Assembly (NCBI RefSeq): GCF_004010195.1
Contig: NC_057718.1
Location: forward strand, 16,511,418 to 16,575,417
Direction: 5' to 3'
Length of the DNA stretch: 64,000 bases
From: Chiloscyllium plagiosum
Lineage: Eukaryota
The position numbers were made by a program, and so were the translations under genes. Positions 1-12,252 of this stretch are shown in pieces; within the stretch, counting starts at the first letter, position 1, and each line of letters starts with the position of its first letter. The notes below the pieces were generated by a model, which saw nothing but the letters and a program-made list of their open reading frames with translations, was not told the origin of the DNA and made no database searches.

Positions 1-1230
1 CCATCACAATGTACTCACTTACAGTGAGTACATTCCTGTTCCTTTAAAATATTAATCTATTATGGATTAATAAGGATTTGAGGGATATAGTTGAAAGGAC
101 ACATCTTCACAGCTTATAAGTAAATTTACTTCAAGCCAAATACAACTGTGATATCTCAATTTCTGCTATGTGAAAGTTTTTAAGCACAGTCCTATGCTTG
201 ACATATTTAAATCCAGATTGTTAAACTACTTCTAGAATGACAAACTGGTGTTAACCCAGAAACTTTCAATACTGTTGAAGGAAAGTTGTTTTACCTGTAT
301 TAAACATTGCTCTATATCCAAACTATTAAGCACTGGAATTCATACAAGTGGTGAATGTTGGTGAAAAATGCCTTGCACAGTCTCAAGCTCAGAAGTGTTG
401 CTTTTAAGTAATGAAATGATTGGGGTCAATATTCACAGAAAATTAGCTTACTCCTTTGCCCCAAAGTTAAACCCTTCTTAAGCTTAGTTATATAGTGATG
501 CATGCAGTGTGATAACATTAAACTGGGGACTGCAGTGGGTGAAGAGTTCAAGGCAAGTCATACTATACCTTTAACTAAATGGAGAAGAAACTTAGTTAAC
601 CTGAAGGCAGATGGCTAGTTACTGCTGCCACGTGCCTCGTCCTGCAGTGTATTTATGTGGCTACATCAAGGAGCAGGAGACTGGGATCATAATTGCATCA
701 TCTGACTGTTAAACTGAGGATTCCCCTAGACAGAGCACTCCCAACAAAAAGAGATGTGTCCGTTCAGGGTCTGTCCTCCTTTGGATCTTAGGAATCTGTA
801 ATTTTGTATTCTGATAGAAATTTGTGACAATCTCAGTTCAGTATCTGGCGAAAATTCATCTTTCTATGGGAGCTGGAAGCAGTCTGCTTCTGCGAAAGGG
901 AGTAAATGTGCACACTTCAAAGTAAATGATTGACCCTTCCTTATGCAAATTACTCAACAAGTACTCCAAATGGCAAGCATTATCTGTACTGCTGCTCTAT
1001 TGGGAGGGGTGAAAATGACACACAGTGATAGTGTTGCTTTATACTACAGAGATGAAAAAAAACATAGGCTATGGAAATCAACACTTTATGCTTTTAACAC
1101 TCACTTTGATTGTCAGCTTTGACCAATATTGACACATTTTTAATTTTTATTTTCAGAATATTTCTATTTTGTCCAGCTGCTAAAGAATTATTAGGGTAAT
1201 CAATGAGCAGTCAATCTCATTCAAATAAAG

Positions 1231-1620
1231 ACCATAAGATATAGGAGCAGAATTAGGCCATTCAGCCCATCGGGTCTGCTCCATCATTTGATCATGGCTG
1301 ATATGTTTCTCAAGCTCATTCTCCTGCCTTCTCTCTATAACCTTTGATTCCCTCACCAATCAAGAACCTATCTATCGCTGTCTTAAAGACACTCAATGAC
1401 GTGGCTTCTTCAGCCCTCTACGGCAATGAATTCCCTAGATTACCCACACTCTGGCTGAAGAAATTTCTCCTTATCTCAGTTCTAAATGGTTGTCCCTTCT
1501 CTCTGAGGCCTTTTCCTCAGGTCAAAGACTCTTCTACTGGTGGAAACATGTCCATGTTTACTCTATGCAGGCCTATAAGTTTAATGAGATTCCCACCCCC
1601 TCATCCTTCTAAAATCCAAG
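1231..1620 (-). mobile_element. CR1-type LINE 3' fragment
   Basis: Starts ACCATAAGATATAGGAGCAGAATTAGGCCATTCAGCCC (reverse of a CR1 3' tail), followed by reverse of the ORF2 C-terminal RRNFFSQ-type region. Confidence 0.8.
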
Positions 1621-1634
1621 TAGTGGTCCTTCAT

Positions 1635-2768
1635 AGTGGGAAGGTCAGTGGTCAGTGGGCCTGCACAGATTGGGAAGGTCAGCGGTCAGTGGGCCTGCAC
1701 AGAGTGGGAAAGTCAGCGGTCAGTGGGCCTGCACAGAGTGGGAAGGTCAGCGGTCAGTGGGCCTGCACAGTGGGAAGGTCAGTGGGCCTGCACAAGAGTG
1801 GGAAGGTCAGCGGTCAGTGGGCCAGCACAGAGCGGAACAGCCAGTGGTCAGTGGGCCTGTAAAGAGTGGGTCAGTCAGTAGTCAGTGCGCCTGCACAGAG
1901 CAGGATAGCCAGTGGTCAGTGGGCCTGCACAGAGTAAGGCGGTGAGTGATCAGTGGGCCTGTATAGAGCAGGACGGTCAGTGGTCAGCGGGCTAGTACAG
2001 AGCAGGATGGTCAGCGGTCAGTGGGCCTGCACAGAGCGGGATGGTCAGTGGGCCTGCACAGAGCGGGATGGTCAGTGGGCCTGCACAGAGCGGGACAGTC
2101 AGTGGTCAGTGGGCCTGTACAGAGCAGGATAGTCAGCGGTCAGTGGCTTGCACAGAGCGGGATAGTCAGCAGGCCTGTACAGAGCGGGACGGTCAATAGT
2201 CAGTGGGCTTGTACAGAGTGGGACGGTCAGTGGTCAGTGGGCCTATACAGAGCGGGATGGTCAGTGGGCCTGCACAAAGCGGGACAGTGAGTGGTCAGTA
2301 GGCCTGCACAGAGCGGGACAGTGAGTGGTCAGTGGGCCAGCACAGAGCGGGACGGTCAGTGGGCCTGCACGGAACGGGATGGTCAGCAGTCAGTGGGCCT
2401 GCACAGAGCGGGACGGTCAGCGGTCAATGGGCCTGCACAGAGTGGGATGGTCAGCGGTCAGTGGGCCTGTACAGAGCGGGACGGTCATTAGGCCTGTACA
2501 GTGTGGGATGGTCAGTGGTGAGTGGGCCTGCACAGAGCGGGACGGTCAGTGGTCAGTGGGTCTGCACACAGTAGGACGGCTGGGGGTCAGTGGGCCTGCA
2601 CAGAGTTGGATGGTCAGTGGTCAGTGGGCCTGCACAGAGTGGGATGGTCAGTGGTCAGTGGGCCTGCACAGAGCAGGACGGTCAGCAGTGAGTGGGCCTG
2701 CACAGTGCGGGACGGTCAGCGGTGAGTGGGTCTGCACAGAGCGGGACGGTCAGCAGTCAGTGGTCCTG
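1635..2768. repeat. GC-rich minisatellite, 34-bp unit with 27-bp variant, roughly 35 copies
   Basis: Unit GTCAGTGGGCCTGCACAGAGCGGGACGGTCAGCG (e.g. starts at 1651 and 1685). Short units lack one GGTCAGY heptamer. Confidence 0.95.
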
Positions 2769-2769
2769 A

Positions 2770-3508
2770 GAGGAGTGAACCAGCCAGCAATCGTTGAGCT
2801 GGAGTGGAATGGCCGGCAGACTGTCACAGATCTCAAGCTCAGCAGTGTGGGGAGTGAGAGAGAAAGAGACCAGATATGGGACGTCTACAGCATAGCGAAG
2901 CTGCAGGTTATAGAAGGACTGAAACATTTATCTTTTAACTTTATTTCTTTATCTTCTTAATTTATACTCTGAAGAACTGTAATGTAGCACCTTTAGCTTT
3001 TTTCTTCATTTCTCTCTTTTTGTACCTAATCTATTCCTGTACCTAAGATTTGTACCTAGGTATTTTGCTCCTAAGATGGCACCTTGTGTGGCAACATTGT
3101 CCACATTTCACTGTTCTCCTGCATAGTTGGGGGGAGGGGGACACGGTGGCTCAGTGGTTAGCACTGTTGCCTCACTGCGCCAGGGACCTGGGTTCGATCC
3201 TCACCTTGGGTGACTGTCTGTGTGGAGTTTGCACATTCTCCCCGTGTCTGCATGTGTTTCCTCTGAGTGCTCCCATTTCCTTCCACAGTCCAAAGATATG
3301 CAGGTCAGGTGAATTGCCCGTGCTAAATTGTCCATAGTGTTAGGTATGTTAATCAGGGGTAAATACAAGGTAGGGGAATGGGTCTGGGTAGGTTACTCTT
3401 TGGAGGATCGGTGTGGACTTGTTGGGCCAAATGGCCTGTTTCCACACTGTAGGGAATCTAATCTAATCTACATGTGACAATAAACCTAATCCAATTCAAT
3501 TCAAATCA
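2770..3508 (+). mobile_element. Unclassified non-LTR retroposon 3' region (ends ATGTGACAATAAA plus (ATTCA)n-like tail), interrupted by an HE1 SINE
   Basis: CCTAAGATGGCACC...TTTCACTG...[SINE]...CATGTGACAATAAACCTAATCCAATTCAATTCAAATC. The same motifs occur reverse-complemented at 43605-44460. Confidence 0.6.
3137..3470 (+). mobile_element. HE1-type SINE
   Basis: tRNA-like head (GGTGGCTCAGTGGTTAGCAC...GGTTCGATCC), central GGAGTTTGCACATTCTCCCCGTG, CR1-like tail ending (AATCT)n. Confidence 0.9.
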
Positions 3509-3947
3509 AAATAGCAAGTGTGGTGCTACTAAACCCTGCTTGACACTATAGCAGTCACTAAGAGAAAGGATATTGTGTCTTGATGAGTTTCCCCTTGGTC
3601 TGCAGCACGAGGCAACAAAACCAGGCAGAACAGGACGAAGCTATAGAGAATAGACAGACAGAACAGTGAGGTGAATGCCTTCCCTGCTGTAGATAAAGAA
3701 CATCTCTCCTCCTACCCCCATTAGGACCTCCCGTACCAATCCCATGGATCTGAATGGCCCTCCCTCAGTTCCTAAACTATCCTGCACTATGTCACCGTGA
3801 ATCAACCAGAACACTCCAATTCAGTAGAACTGGATGAGTGGAGCACAAACATACTGGTTCATGGAAATTACTTTTAATGATCGTTTGAGTAGTAAATTTG
3901 CATGGGATCTGTTTTAGCACTTTCAGGCAAATCCAAATTATTGTAGT

Positions 3948-4140
3948 CATGATTCGGAGATGCCAGTGTTAGACTGGGGTGTACAAAGTTAAAAATCACG
4001 CAACACCAGGTTATAGTCCAACAGGTTTAATTGGAAGCACACTAGCTTTCCTTCAATCACCTGATGAAGGAGTGTCGCTCCGAAAACTAGTGTGCTTCCA
4101 ATTAAACCTGTTGGACTATAACCTGGTGTTGTGTGATTTT
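3948..4140. mobile_element. Short fold-back PLE-derived element, family A
   Basis: Inverted arms AAAATCAC..CAACACCAGGTTATAGTCCAACAGGTTTAATTGGAAGCACACTAG. TSD CAAATTATTGTAGT at 3934-3947 and 4141-4154. Hammerhead-like CTGATGA..GAAA at 4061-4085. Confidence 0.85.
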
Positions 4141-4944
4141 CAAATTATTGTAGTTAGCAATTAGGAATAAAATTGCACATTGAAACCAAACTTTCAGAAA
4201 TAAATGTCTTATTAGCACAGGACTCATTTAGTGTTTGATTTTAGTATTGCACCAAAGTAAGTCACTGTAACTTTGCCTCTGAGATATATGATCTTCTCTA
4301 AATGCTAGTTGTCAGTCAGAGTTGAAGAACATAACCCTGCCAACCTACATATACTCCCTACATATCTCAACAGTAAAGGAATTCATTGTTCACCATGTGT
4401 TTTGTTATTACAGGTTACTGATGTCAGATTTACTGGTGGAATCATGATTATGAAAATTATCCCAGGGATGACAGAAAGTATCTGGATGAGTCTGAATCTT
4501 AACAATGGCTTCAAATTGAGAGTTGGAGAAAGGGAATGAAGAGTGTTTAGTCACACCATTGAGTGCATTCTAAGAGATTCATCCAGTTACTAATCGCAAT
4601 ACTCAGCGCAGTACGATTTCTGGAGTCAGTCGGCTATAGAACCTGAAACTGACAAGTTTCCATGCAACTATTATACAACACTGGAGTTGTTTTAAGCCCC
4701 CAAAACAGAAAGGTTAGTCGCAGGTGAGATAAAAGTCTCTTATCTGACCCTTGTTAGCCTACACCCAGGTTAAATGAGATGACGCAAGGGGTCAACCAAT
4801 TGCAAGGAAACCAATTTGACATTTATTTATCCCAGGTTTTGGGATGCCAGGACAGCTTCAGGGAAAGATGTAAACACCAGACAGCCCTGTTTGTGGGCCA
4901 AGAGAAGCTAACTTCTCAGCTAAAGCAATATACTGTGCATGCTA

Positions 4945-6745
4945 GAGACCTGAAATGAAAACAAAGTCCTGGAGAAACTCAGCAAGTTTGGCAGCATGTG
5001 TGGAAATGTCCCATTAAACTTATTTCTACCTATATTGACTTTATCTGTTTCTCCCCATACCCAGTCTCTTCTCACTTATATTTGTGATTTGTCTCCTGCT
5101 TGACATCTGAAGTACAATTTCCAGTTTCCTGACTCCAACTGCCTCCTCTTCATCAAGAACATGCAATCCCTTTTCATGTCCATCTCTCACCATGATGGTG
5201 TGAAGGCTCTCCACTTCCTCCTTGAAAGGAGGCCTGAACAGTTTCCATCAACTGTTCACCTCCTTCAACTCACTGAGCTTAATCTTGCTTTGAACAACTT
5301 CAGATTTAACTCATCACACTTTCTCTGTCAAAGGTATAATACCACTATAGGGACCCAAATGTGTCCCAGAGATGCCAGTCTCTTTGTGTGGTATGGAGAA
5401 CACTCCTTGTTCTACTCCCATTCAGGGTACAATCCACTTTCTCCAGTACAATCATGATATTATTGGTACTGCTACCTCCCTCGACTGGAATTGGAAAAAT
5501 TAATCCATTTTGCTTCTGATTTCCATCCATTTCTCAACTTCCCCAGTCCATCTTTGACTTTTCCCTTGAGTTTGTTGACTTATCTACTTCATATCTGGTG
5601 ATAGGCTATTTACCATATATTCAGTCTAAACCCATCAACTCTGACCGTGATCTTGACTACAATCCCACACAACCCACTTCCTGTGAGGACACCATCACAG
5701 TCATATCTGTTCCAATGATGCCACCTTCCAAAGGTGCCTCCAATTTATTTTTTTTTCTTTTCAGCCAAAAGCTCAACCTGATCATGGTTGGCAGTGCCCT
5801 CAGCTGAAAGCAACCCATTTCCTCTACTTCTGCTGTCAACCCTTCCCCCGCTCCCAGAACAACGTTAGGGTTCTCCTGATCTTCACTTTCCACTCAACCT
5901 ACCTCTGCATTCAAAGGATCATCTCTGTCATTTCCATCACCAAACCTGGGGTGTTCCTCCAGCTGCAGATTTCCAGCATCTGCAGTTCTTTCTTTTATTA
6001 TATCTTCCCCACTCCTCCCTTACCAACATTCTACAGGGACTGTTCTCTCTGTGATACTCCTATCTACTCCTCCTAACACTTCCTTATCTATCCATGGCAC
6101 TCTCCCATGAAACTGCAGAAAGTGTAACAATTGCCCTTTAATCCCATCTATTCTCACTATCCAAGGACTTCCAAATGAAGCAGCTTGTTTAGACTGCTTT
6201 CAATCTAGCTCACTGTATTTAGTGCTCACAATGCAGTTTCCTCTATATTAATGACACCAAATGCACCATTGGTTCACCAAACTATTGGTGAGCACTTTGC
6301 AGAACACCTCTGCTTTTTCAGTAGGAATGACTCTGACCTTCCAGCAACTTGCTATTTCAATATACCATCTTTCTCTCATTTCTGCCTTAGGCCTCCTGCA
6401 GTATTCCTGCGAAACACAACAAAGGCAAGAGGAACAGCACTTTATTTTCCACTTAGGCACTTTACAGCCTTCAGGACTTAACATTGAGTTCAGCGACTTC
6501 AGAACATGAGTATTTTGACTACAATCTCTCTCCCTTCTCTAGTTTGCATGGGTTTGCCTCAACAAACTATTCCCCATGACCATTAGCATGCATTTGGAAT
6601 CTGTATATCTCCTCTACTATCATTAGCAATCTCTTGCCTTTTGCTCTGGGCACCCTCACCATGTGTTCCACTTGCTCCTCTCCCCTCCACTTTGTCAACA
6701 GCATAAAAGCCATAATTTTTCAGTCCTATTGAGTTCCAAAGATAT
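4945..6745 (+). mobile_element. Degraded Penelope-like element (Neptune-like) with RT and GIY-YIG remnants
   Basis: ORF remnants QSLFMSISHHDGVKALHFLL..LTELNLALNNFRFNSSHFL..GTQMCP (RT) and EHFAEHL../EEQHFIFHLGTLQPSGLNIEF (endonuclease C-terminus). Short inverted terminal piece at ~4948-5005. Many stops and frameshifts. Confidence 0.8.
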
Positions 6746-8109
6746 CACATCATTATTAAAAGGAGTTTTGAAGATAAGGTTTTAATTTTGCACTCTTCAG
6801 AACCAGGACATACAAAACAGACTTAAGAAAGAGAAACACCATTTAATGCAGAAATGAGAAGAAGGTGCTGATTGGTTGCACCATCATTGGCATGGAACTG
6901 TGGCAAGAACAGTCAATCTTCATTCTCAGACCAGGTAGATAGATTGTGATTGGTCAGGGCAATGCCACAGGAAAGCAGCACAGATTGACTGTCTCCGTGA
7001 TCCTTTTGAAAAAGGTGCAATGTATGTCTGTACAAATTCATTTTGCTTGAGTATTCATGTATGTAGCTTCTAGCATGTGCAAATGTATCATCTTGCAGGC
7101 TCAGTTGATGATCTTAAACGGCTCCTTGTCTAACTCTTAACAAATGATTTCCACACACAGATCTAACAATGGATTTACTATTTTCAGGCTTCCAGCACAG
7201 GGCTATTGGAGAACAAGTTGCATGGGACCAGTTGCAAATGGTCAATGGGACACAGCCTACATAAGCTGGAATCACACTGACACTAACACTCATATCACTT
7301 TAATCATTTGGGTAACAAACAATATATCTTTTTGGCTTGATGGCAGCATTGTGTTACAGGAAAAATCCACTCATGGATTTACAGCATAGGAGCAGAGCGA
7401 GACAGCTAGCAACATGTGTTGTTCTGATTTTAGAGACATCTTGCCCCTCTGAGGGTAATTTGAAGGAGACAGGCATAGCTAATATTGGTGAACTTAGGCC
7501 CTTTCATGAGCTTTTGTGATATACAATAAGTGATGATTTTATCAATGTATCCTCCATATATTTAATTAGAGAAGATTCATGCATGTCAATTGGCGTGCTG
7601 ACAGATGGCTTCCATTTCCAAAAGCTGTTGCTAAGCATGGATTTTGGATGAATATGCAGCTGCAAGTAAAGTTAGAGGGAACATTGCTCATCGTTAAGCT
7701 TATACAATGCAGAGTTGGCTTGGGCCTATTCACAAGATTTCCAATAAGATTCATCTTGTAGAGTATGGAATTGTATGAATCCCAACATGTATAATGACCA
7801 GCGAATGTACACTTTCAATTGATATTAGTTAAGAATCAATTTTCTGACTTTTCCACACATATATCAAGAAAGGGGTGTTCATCTGAAGTTCTGTTTCAAA
7901 GTATTTGAGTGTAGATTAAGATTAATGGTTAACTGTTCGACCATGCCAACTATGGTCCAACCAAACAGCACCCTTTTCTCATTCTATATAGTTTGGTGTC
8001 TCTTTATTCAGATCTATTTTGTGCACCTATTCTGTTGAGCACATGGCAAAAGCTTCAACCCCTAGTTTCCTTAAGCAATGTTTAAATTTTGTGCTACAAA
8101 GTCATATTT

Positions 8110-8190
8110 GACTCAAAACATTAACTCTGTTTCACTCTTCACAGATGGTGCCTGACTTGTTGAGTTTCTCCAGCACTTTCTGTTTTTAAT
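8110..8190 (+). mobile_element. PLE 3' terminal fragment
   Basis: AAACATTAACTCTGTTT..CACAGATGGTGCCTGACTTGTTGAGTTTCTCCAGCAC; same family as 15022-15122. Confidence 0.6.
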
Positions 8191-8455
8191 ACACTGCCAT
8201 CTTCCCTCTCAATGGACATCCTCCCAAACCCTTCCCTATCTGAGCTCCCTGTCAATAGCCAGGCATCACTTTGTGATATTTCTGTCTTCAATAAGGTATG
8301 TTGGAGTATTCACATTTGCATGGATTTCACTATACAATTAAGTTACATGAGGCTACTGTCAACATGCAACTAATATGCAGAAATGGTCACTGACTGCAGT
8401 ATCTTTAATCAAGTAGTTTCAGATTAATGTGGTATAGATAACAGACGAATCCTAC

Positions 8456-8600
8456 TTTGCCTGTGACATTTCCTGATGATTTCAGGCACTGCACCTTTTC
8501 CAACAGGGCTTGTCTCTCCTTTAACAGCTCATTCTGCCTTTGCAGTAGTTCCATCACCTGCTGTGCACTGGCCTGACTGTGCTGATCCAACTGTTGCAGT
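8456..8600 (-). CDS. SDCCAG8: SDCCAG8 next coding exon (coiled-coil C-terminus); 3' boundary uncertain
   Basis: Acceptor ...GTCTTTGCAG|A at 8601/8600. Translation (R)LQQLDQHSQASAQQVMELLQRQNELLKERQALLEKVQCLKSSGNVTGK resembles recalled human LRQLDKHSQATAQQLVQLLSKQNQLLLERQSLSEEVDRLRTQ. The end is set at the in-phase AAA|GTAGGA donor; alternatively it reads through to the stop at 8405-8407. Confidence 0.88.
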
Positions 8601-10172
8601 CTGCAAAGACATAAACGACAGATGACACTTCAGGATAAATTCTCTGCTCCGTTATAATGTCTGCTGGTCTCTATTTAAACTAATTTTGATATTTTTACCA
8701 AATGAATTCAACCATCTCAAGTACAACAAAGCATGAGGAGTTTTGACATCAGGCACAATAGAACTCTTTGATATCAGTGATATCTAGCTAATCCTGTTTC
8801 TATGGTCAGTCCAATGTAACATGGCATTAGTTCACCCTTCTATCAAACAGTCAAAAGTGGTCTGTAATCCTTACAGGGCTGCAACCTTACTAGATTTCAG
8901 ATGCCTGCACAAAGGACACTGCAGTCCATGCTCCTTGAACAAAATGCTGTACATGACAGTATCTATTCGAAAGAGAGGGAGAAATAGATAGCGACTGCAT
9001 AAATTCAGCAGAACTGGTTAGAGTGTACCACAGCCACAGGCACGTGCAGCCCTGACAAAAGTGGTGCTCAGATCTGCAAGAATCCTTACACTGTCTGTGC
9101 ATTTGAGCCAGATATGCCACTCTTTGGAGCTATAAACTGAGTCTGTAGAATCAATGATCAAAGAGGCTTTGAACAGAGTTAGTACAGAGAGCTCTTCAGT
9201 TTGGCTTAAAAATATCAATATGGAGATGTCTAGCTAATAGCTACAAAGCACATAGAATAGGAATGTTTGTAGTTAAAGACTTTGACTATATTCTTTGATT
9301 TCCTTTCAGAAATAGCTACTGTCTCTAAAGGTTCAGACTTGACCCACATTCCCTAAAAATCAGAGTGTCCTCCTTATGGACTTCAAATTCAAGAGTATTC
9401 AATTCTGCACCATTTTTCATTTATTACTAAGCATTTTTTAAAGCTAAAATTTGTGCTAATTTTACTGACAAACCAATTTGATTGTAGCTGTTCAATGACA
9501 ATCAGCATCCGCCAAATACAAACATCAATGTTCCAGGTTCAAACTCTCTCAAAGGAAACCAGATGATACAGCTATCATAATAGTAAATAATACTACAACA
9601 GTTTTTACCTTAAATGAGTTCAAGATCAAGTTAAATTGGCCAGGTACCTCTTGTGCATTCCCTTAAATATTCTTTGACCATGGCTATACTTCAGGCTAAC
9701 TCATTAGTTAATTAATGTACTTCTTTTTGCCATTTTAATTCTATTAAGTCCACCTTTCTACATTTATTAGCTACAGATTAAAACTCAAGTCATCCTTTCA
9801 GGAGGTGTGTAACCCACATTTAGGTCCTGTGTTTATAGTAAAACTGACACAGGAAGGTAAAATCTGCAAACTGCTGCCTCTGGATTATGTACTTTGTTGT
9901 TGAAGTTTCTCCCTATTAGGTGCAGAGAACCTTTATCGTATAATGTGCAAACATATTTGGCCCAGTCAATATATTGGTTTGCAATGCTTAATGCATGTGT
10001 AATAACAGGAACATTTAGGATACTAACTCAAGTTGATTCTGAACATGGATAATACTATTATCACATTTTTTTCTTGTGGTGACTGAGATAGATGGGTAGC
10101 TTCAATGCATTGCTCCTGTGACTTTTGATGTTCTGTATCTTATCAGCTTGCTGGAAGTTGAATTTGAGTATC

Positions 10173-10508
10173 ATGGTGGTTTAGTAGTTATCACTGCTGC
10201 CTCACAGCACCAGAGACCCGGGTTCAATTCCAGCCTCAGGTGACTGTTTGTGTGGAGTTTGGACATTCTCCCTGTGTTTGTATGGGTTCCCTCTGGGTCC
10301 TCTGGTTTCCTCCCACATTCCAAAGATGTACAGGCTAGGTGAATTAGCCATGCTAAATTGTCCATAGCGTTCAGGGATGTGTAGGTTAGGTGCATTAGAC
10401 AGGGATGAATATGAGTAATAGGGCAGGGAAATGGGTTTGGGTGGGATACTCTTTTGACAGTCAGTGTGGACTTGTTGGGCCTGTTTCCACAATGCAGGGA
10501 TTCCATGA
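10173..10508 (+). mobile_element. HE1-type SINE
   Basis: Same head, core and tail as 3137-3470. Confidence 0.88.
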
Positions 10509-11859
10509 TCAGACGGTCTGGCTTCCTATTTTTTCCCCTTTTCTGGAACTCGCATTCTTCTTGGTGTCATGACTGATGAAATGACCACACGAGAATGCTG
10601 CCATGCTTCAAAAACCAAAGATATTAAAAGGTCACACCCAATGGACCCTATTATTCCTGGACTCATCCTAGAATGTGTGGCTGATTCCAAGAATGAAGGA
10701 AGACCATAATTTTCATGAGTAGCTCAGCTGTCATCCACTAAACAACTGCCTACATAAACTTGCAATTCTAATTTACCAAAATCACTTGCTATTTATTCCT
10801 TTTGAAAGAACTCTAACCCAGATATAGCAGGAAAAAGTTGAATTTCATGCAGGAATGATGTTTTGCTTCCTTATTCATGCTTTCACTGTTCAACTCTAAT
10901 TATCGTCAATCCATTTTCCAGTTTCACATCAAGACACGAATATGTTAGAAAACTGGTGTTTTGTGCTGTTTAATTTAGCTTCACTTGCAGAAAGCATCAT
11001 TAGATGGATTTCAGTATAAATTGGTTATTTTGCACAAGCAATCTGTAAGAAATCCTAATTAAAGCATAACATTCCTTGGCAAATTACTTACACATTTATC
11101 AGGACTCAGCTGGCTGAGTTCTACTATCTGCATGTGTTTCTTTTTGACTATTAAAAAAATGCAAGTAATTCTTTGAGTCTATTATTTATTCAATGAACTA
11201 ATCACAGGAGGCTACTTTACAACTATTCTCAAAATGTTCGTGTCACATTCAAAGAATTGTTTTAAAATGTGAGCTGTCGTGACTGGAACAGTAGACCACT
11301 TTGCTGACAATCTTCAACAGCCACTCTCAGAGACTTAAATTCCTTGCTAAAGCAACCAATGTTATCATGCCTATAAGATGAGATTCATAGGGTATATATT
11401 GTGCATTCGACTTAAAATGGCAATGATTAGGAAGATAGAAACAGGAAGAGGCCATTCAACACCTGAAAGCTCAAGAGAACTTAGAAAGTGAATTTGCACT
11501 GATGAGAATGATCTCAATTTTAACTCCTTAGTTGATGCCAACTGAGATTGTGGCTATGACACAATGGCAGTCTTAAGGGATGGGATATTGGTTAATATTC
11601 ATACCCCAGATTACAGTCTAAACTGACACTGTTTGTACATTTAGGGACACGGGCTCAGGACAGAATTGAGATTGCCCTGTTCCATGGTTACTATCACAAA
11701 ATGGGCCCTCTCCATCCTGTATTCTTCACCACCTAGGTCTCCCTATCCACTTCCAAAACACTTCCCTTTGTAGCAATCCTTGAAAAATAAGCCTTCAAGT
11801 AACTTACAGGAACACTTTTTCCAATTAGTTAGTCCATGACCCTCATTCTGTTATTTTCC

Positions 11860-12252
11860 TTTATTCACTCACGGGATTAAGGCGTTGCTGGCTAGGCAAC
11901 ATTTATTACCCATCCTTAATCTTCAACAGCCACTCTCAGAGACTTAAATTCCTTGCTAAAGCAACCAATGTTATCATGCCTATAAGATGAGAATAGTTAA
12001 TAGTCAACCACATTGCTGTCGGTCTGAAGTCACATGTAGGCCAGACCAGGTAAGGATGGCAGTTTCCTTCCCTAAAGAACATTGGTGAACCAGATGGGTT
12101 TTTCCGACAATCGCCAATGGATTTATGGTCATCAGTAGACTCCTAATGTCACATATTTTTACTGAATTCAAATCTCACCATCTGCTGTGATAGGATTCAA
12201 ACTCATCCCCAGACATTATTTGGGTATCTGGGTTGACAGTCCAGCAATAATA
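11860..12252 (-). mobile_element. tRNA-headed SINE (family B, unnamed), interrupted by a 75-bp local duplication and by a PLE
   Basis: AGTCAACCACATTGCTG..GTAGGCCAGACCAGGTAAGGATGGCAGTTTCCTTCCCTAAAG..GGATTCAAAC (reverse B box). Related pieces at 14780-14850, 17885-18240 and 36220-36325. Confidence 0.75.

Noticed and set aside
1635..2768. CRISPR-like array, or repetitive protein ORFs
   Set aside because: Units are contiguous with no unique spacers and the context is eukaryotic. ORFs occur in all three frames because the unit is largely stop-free.
3137..3210. tRNA genes at SINE heads (also 10173, 41440, 47473)
   Set aside because: The A/B boxes continue directly into SINE body and tail; no full cloverleaf.
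4309..4539. ORF ending ..VGERE as a possible AKT3 last exon
   Set aside because: It lacks the FPQFSYSAS hydrophobic motif; the resemblance is only 2-3 residues.
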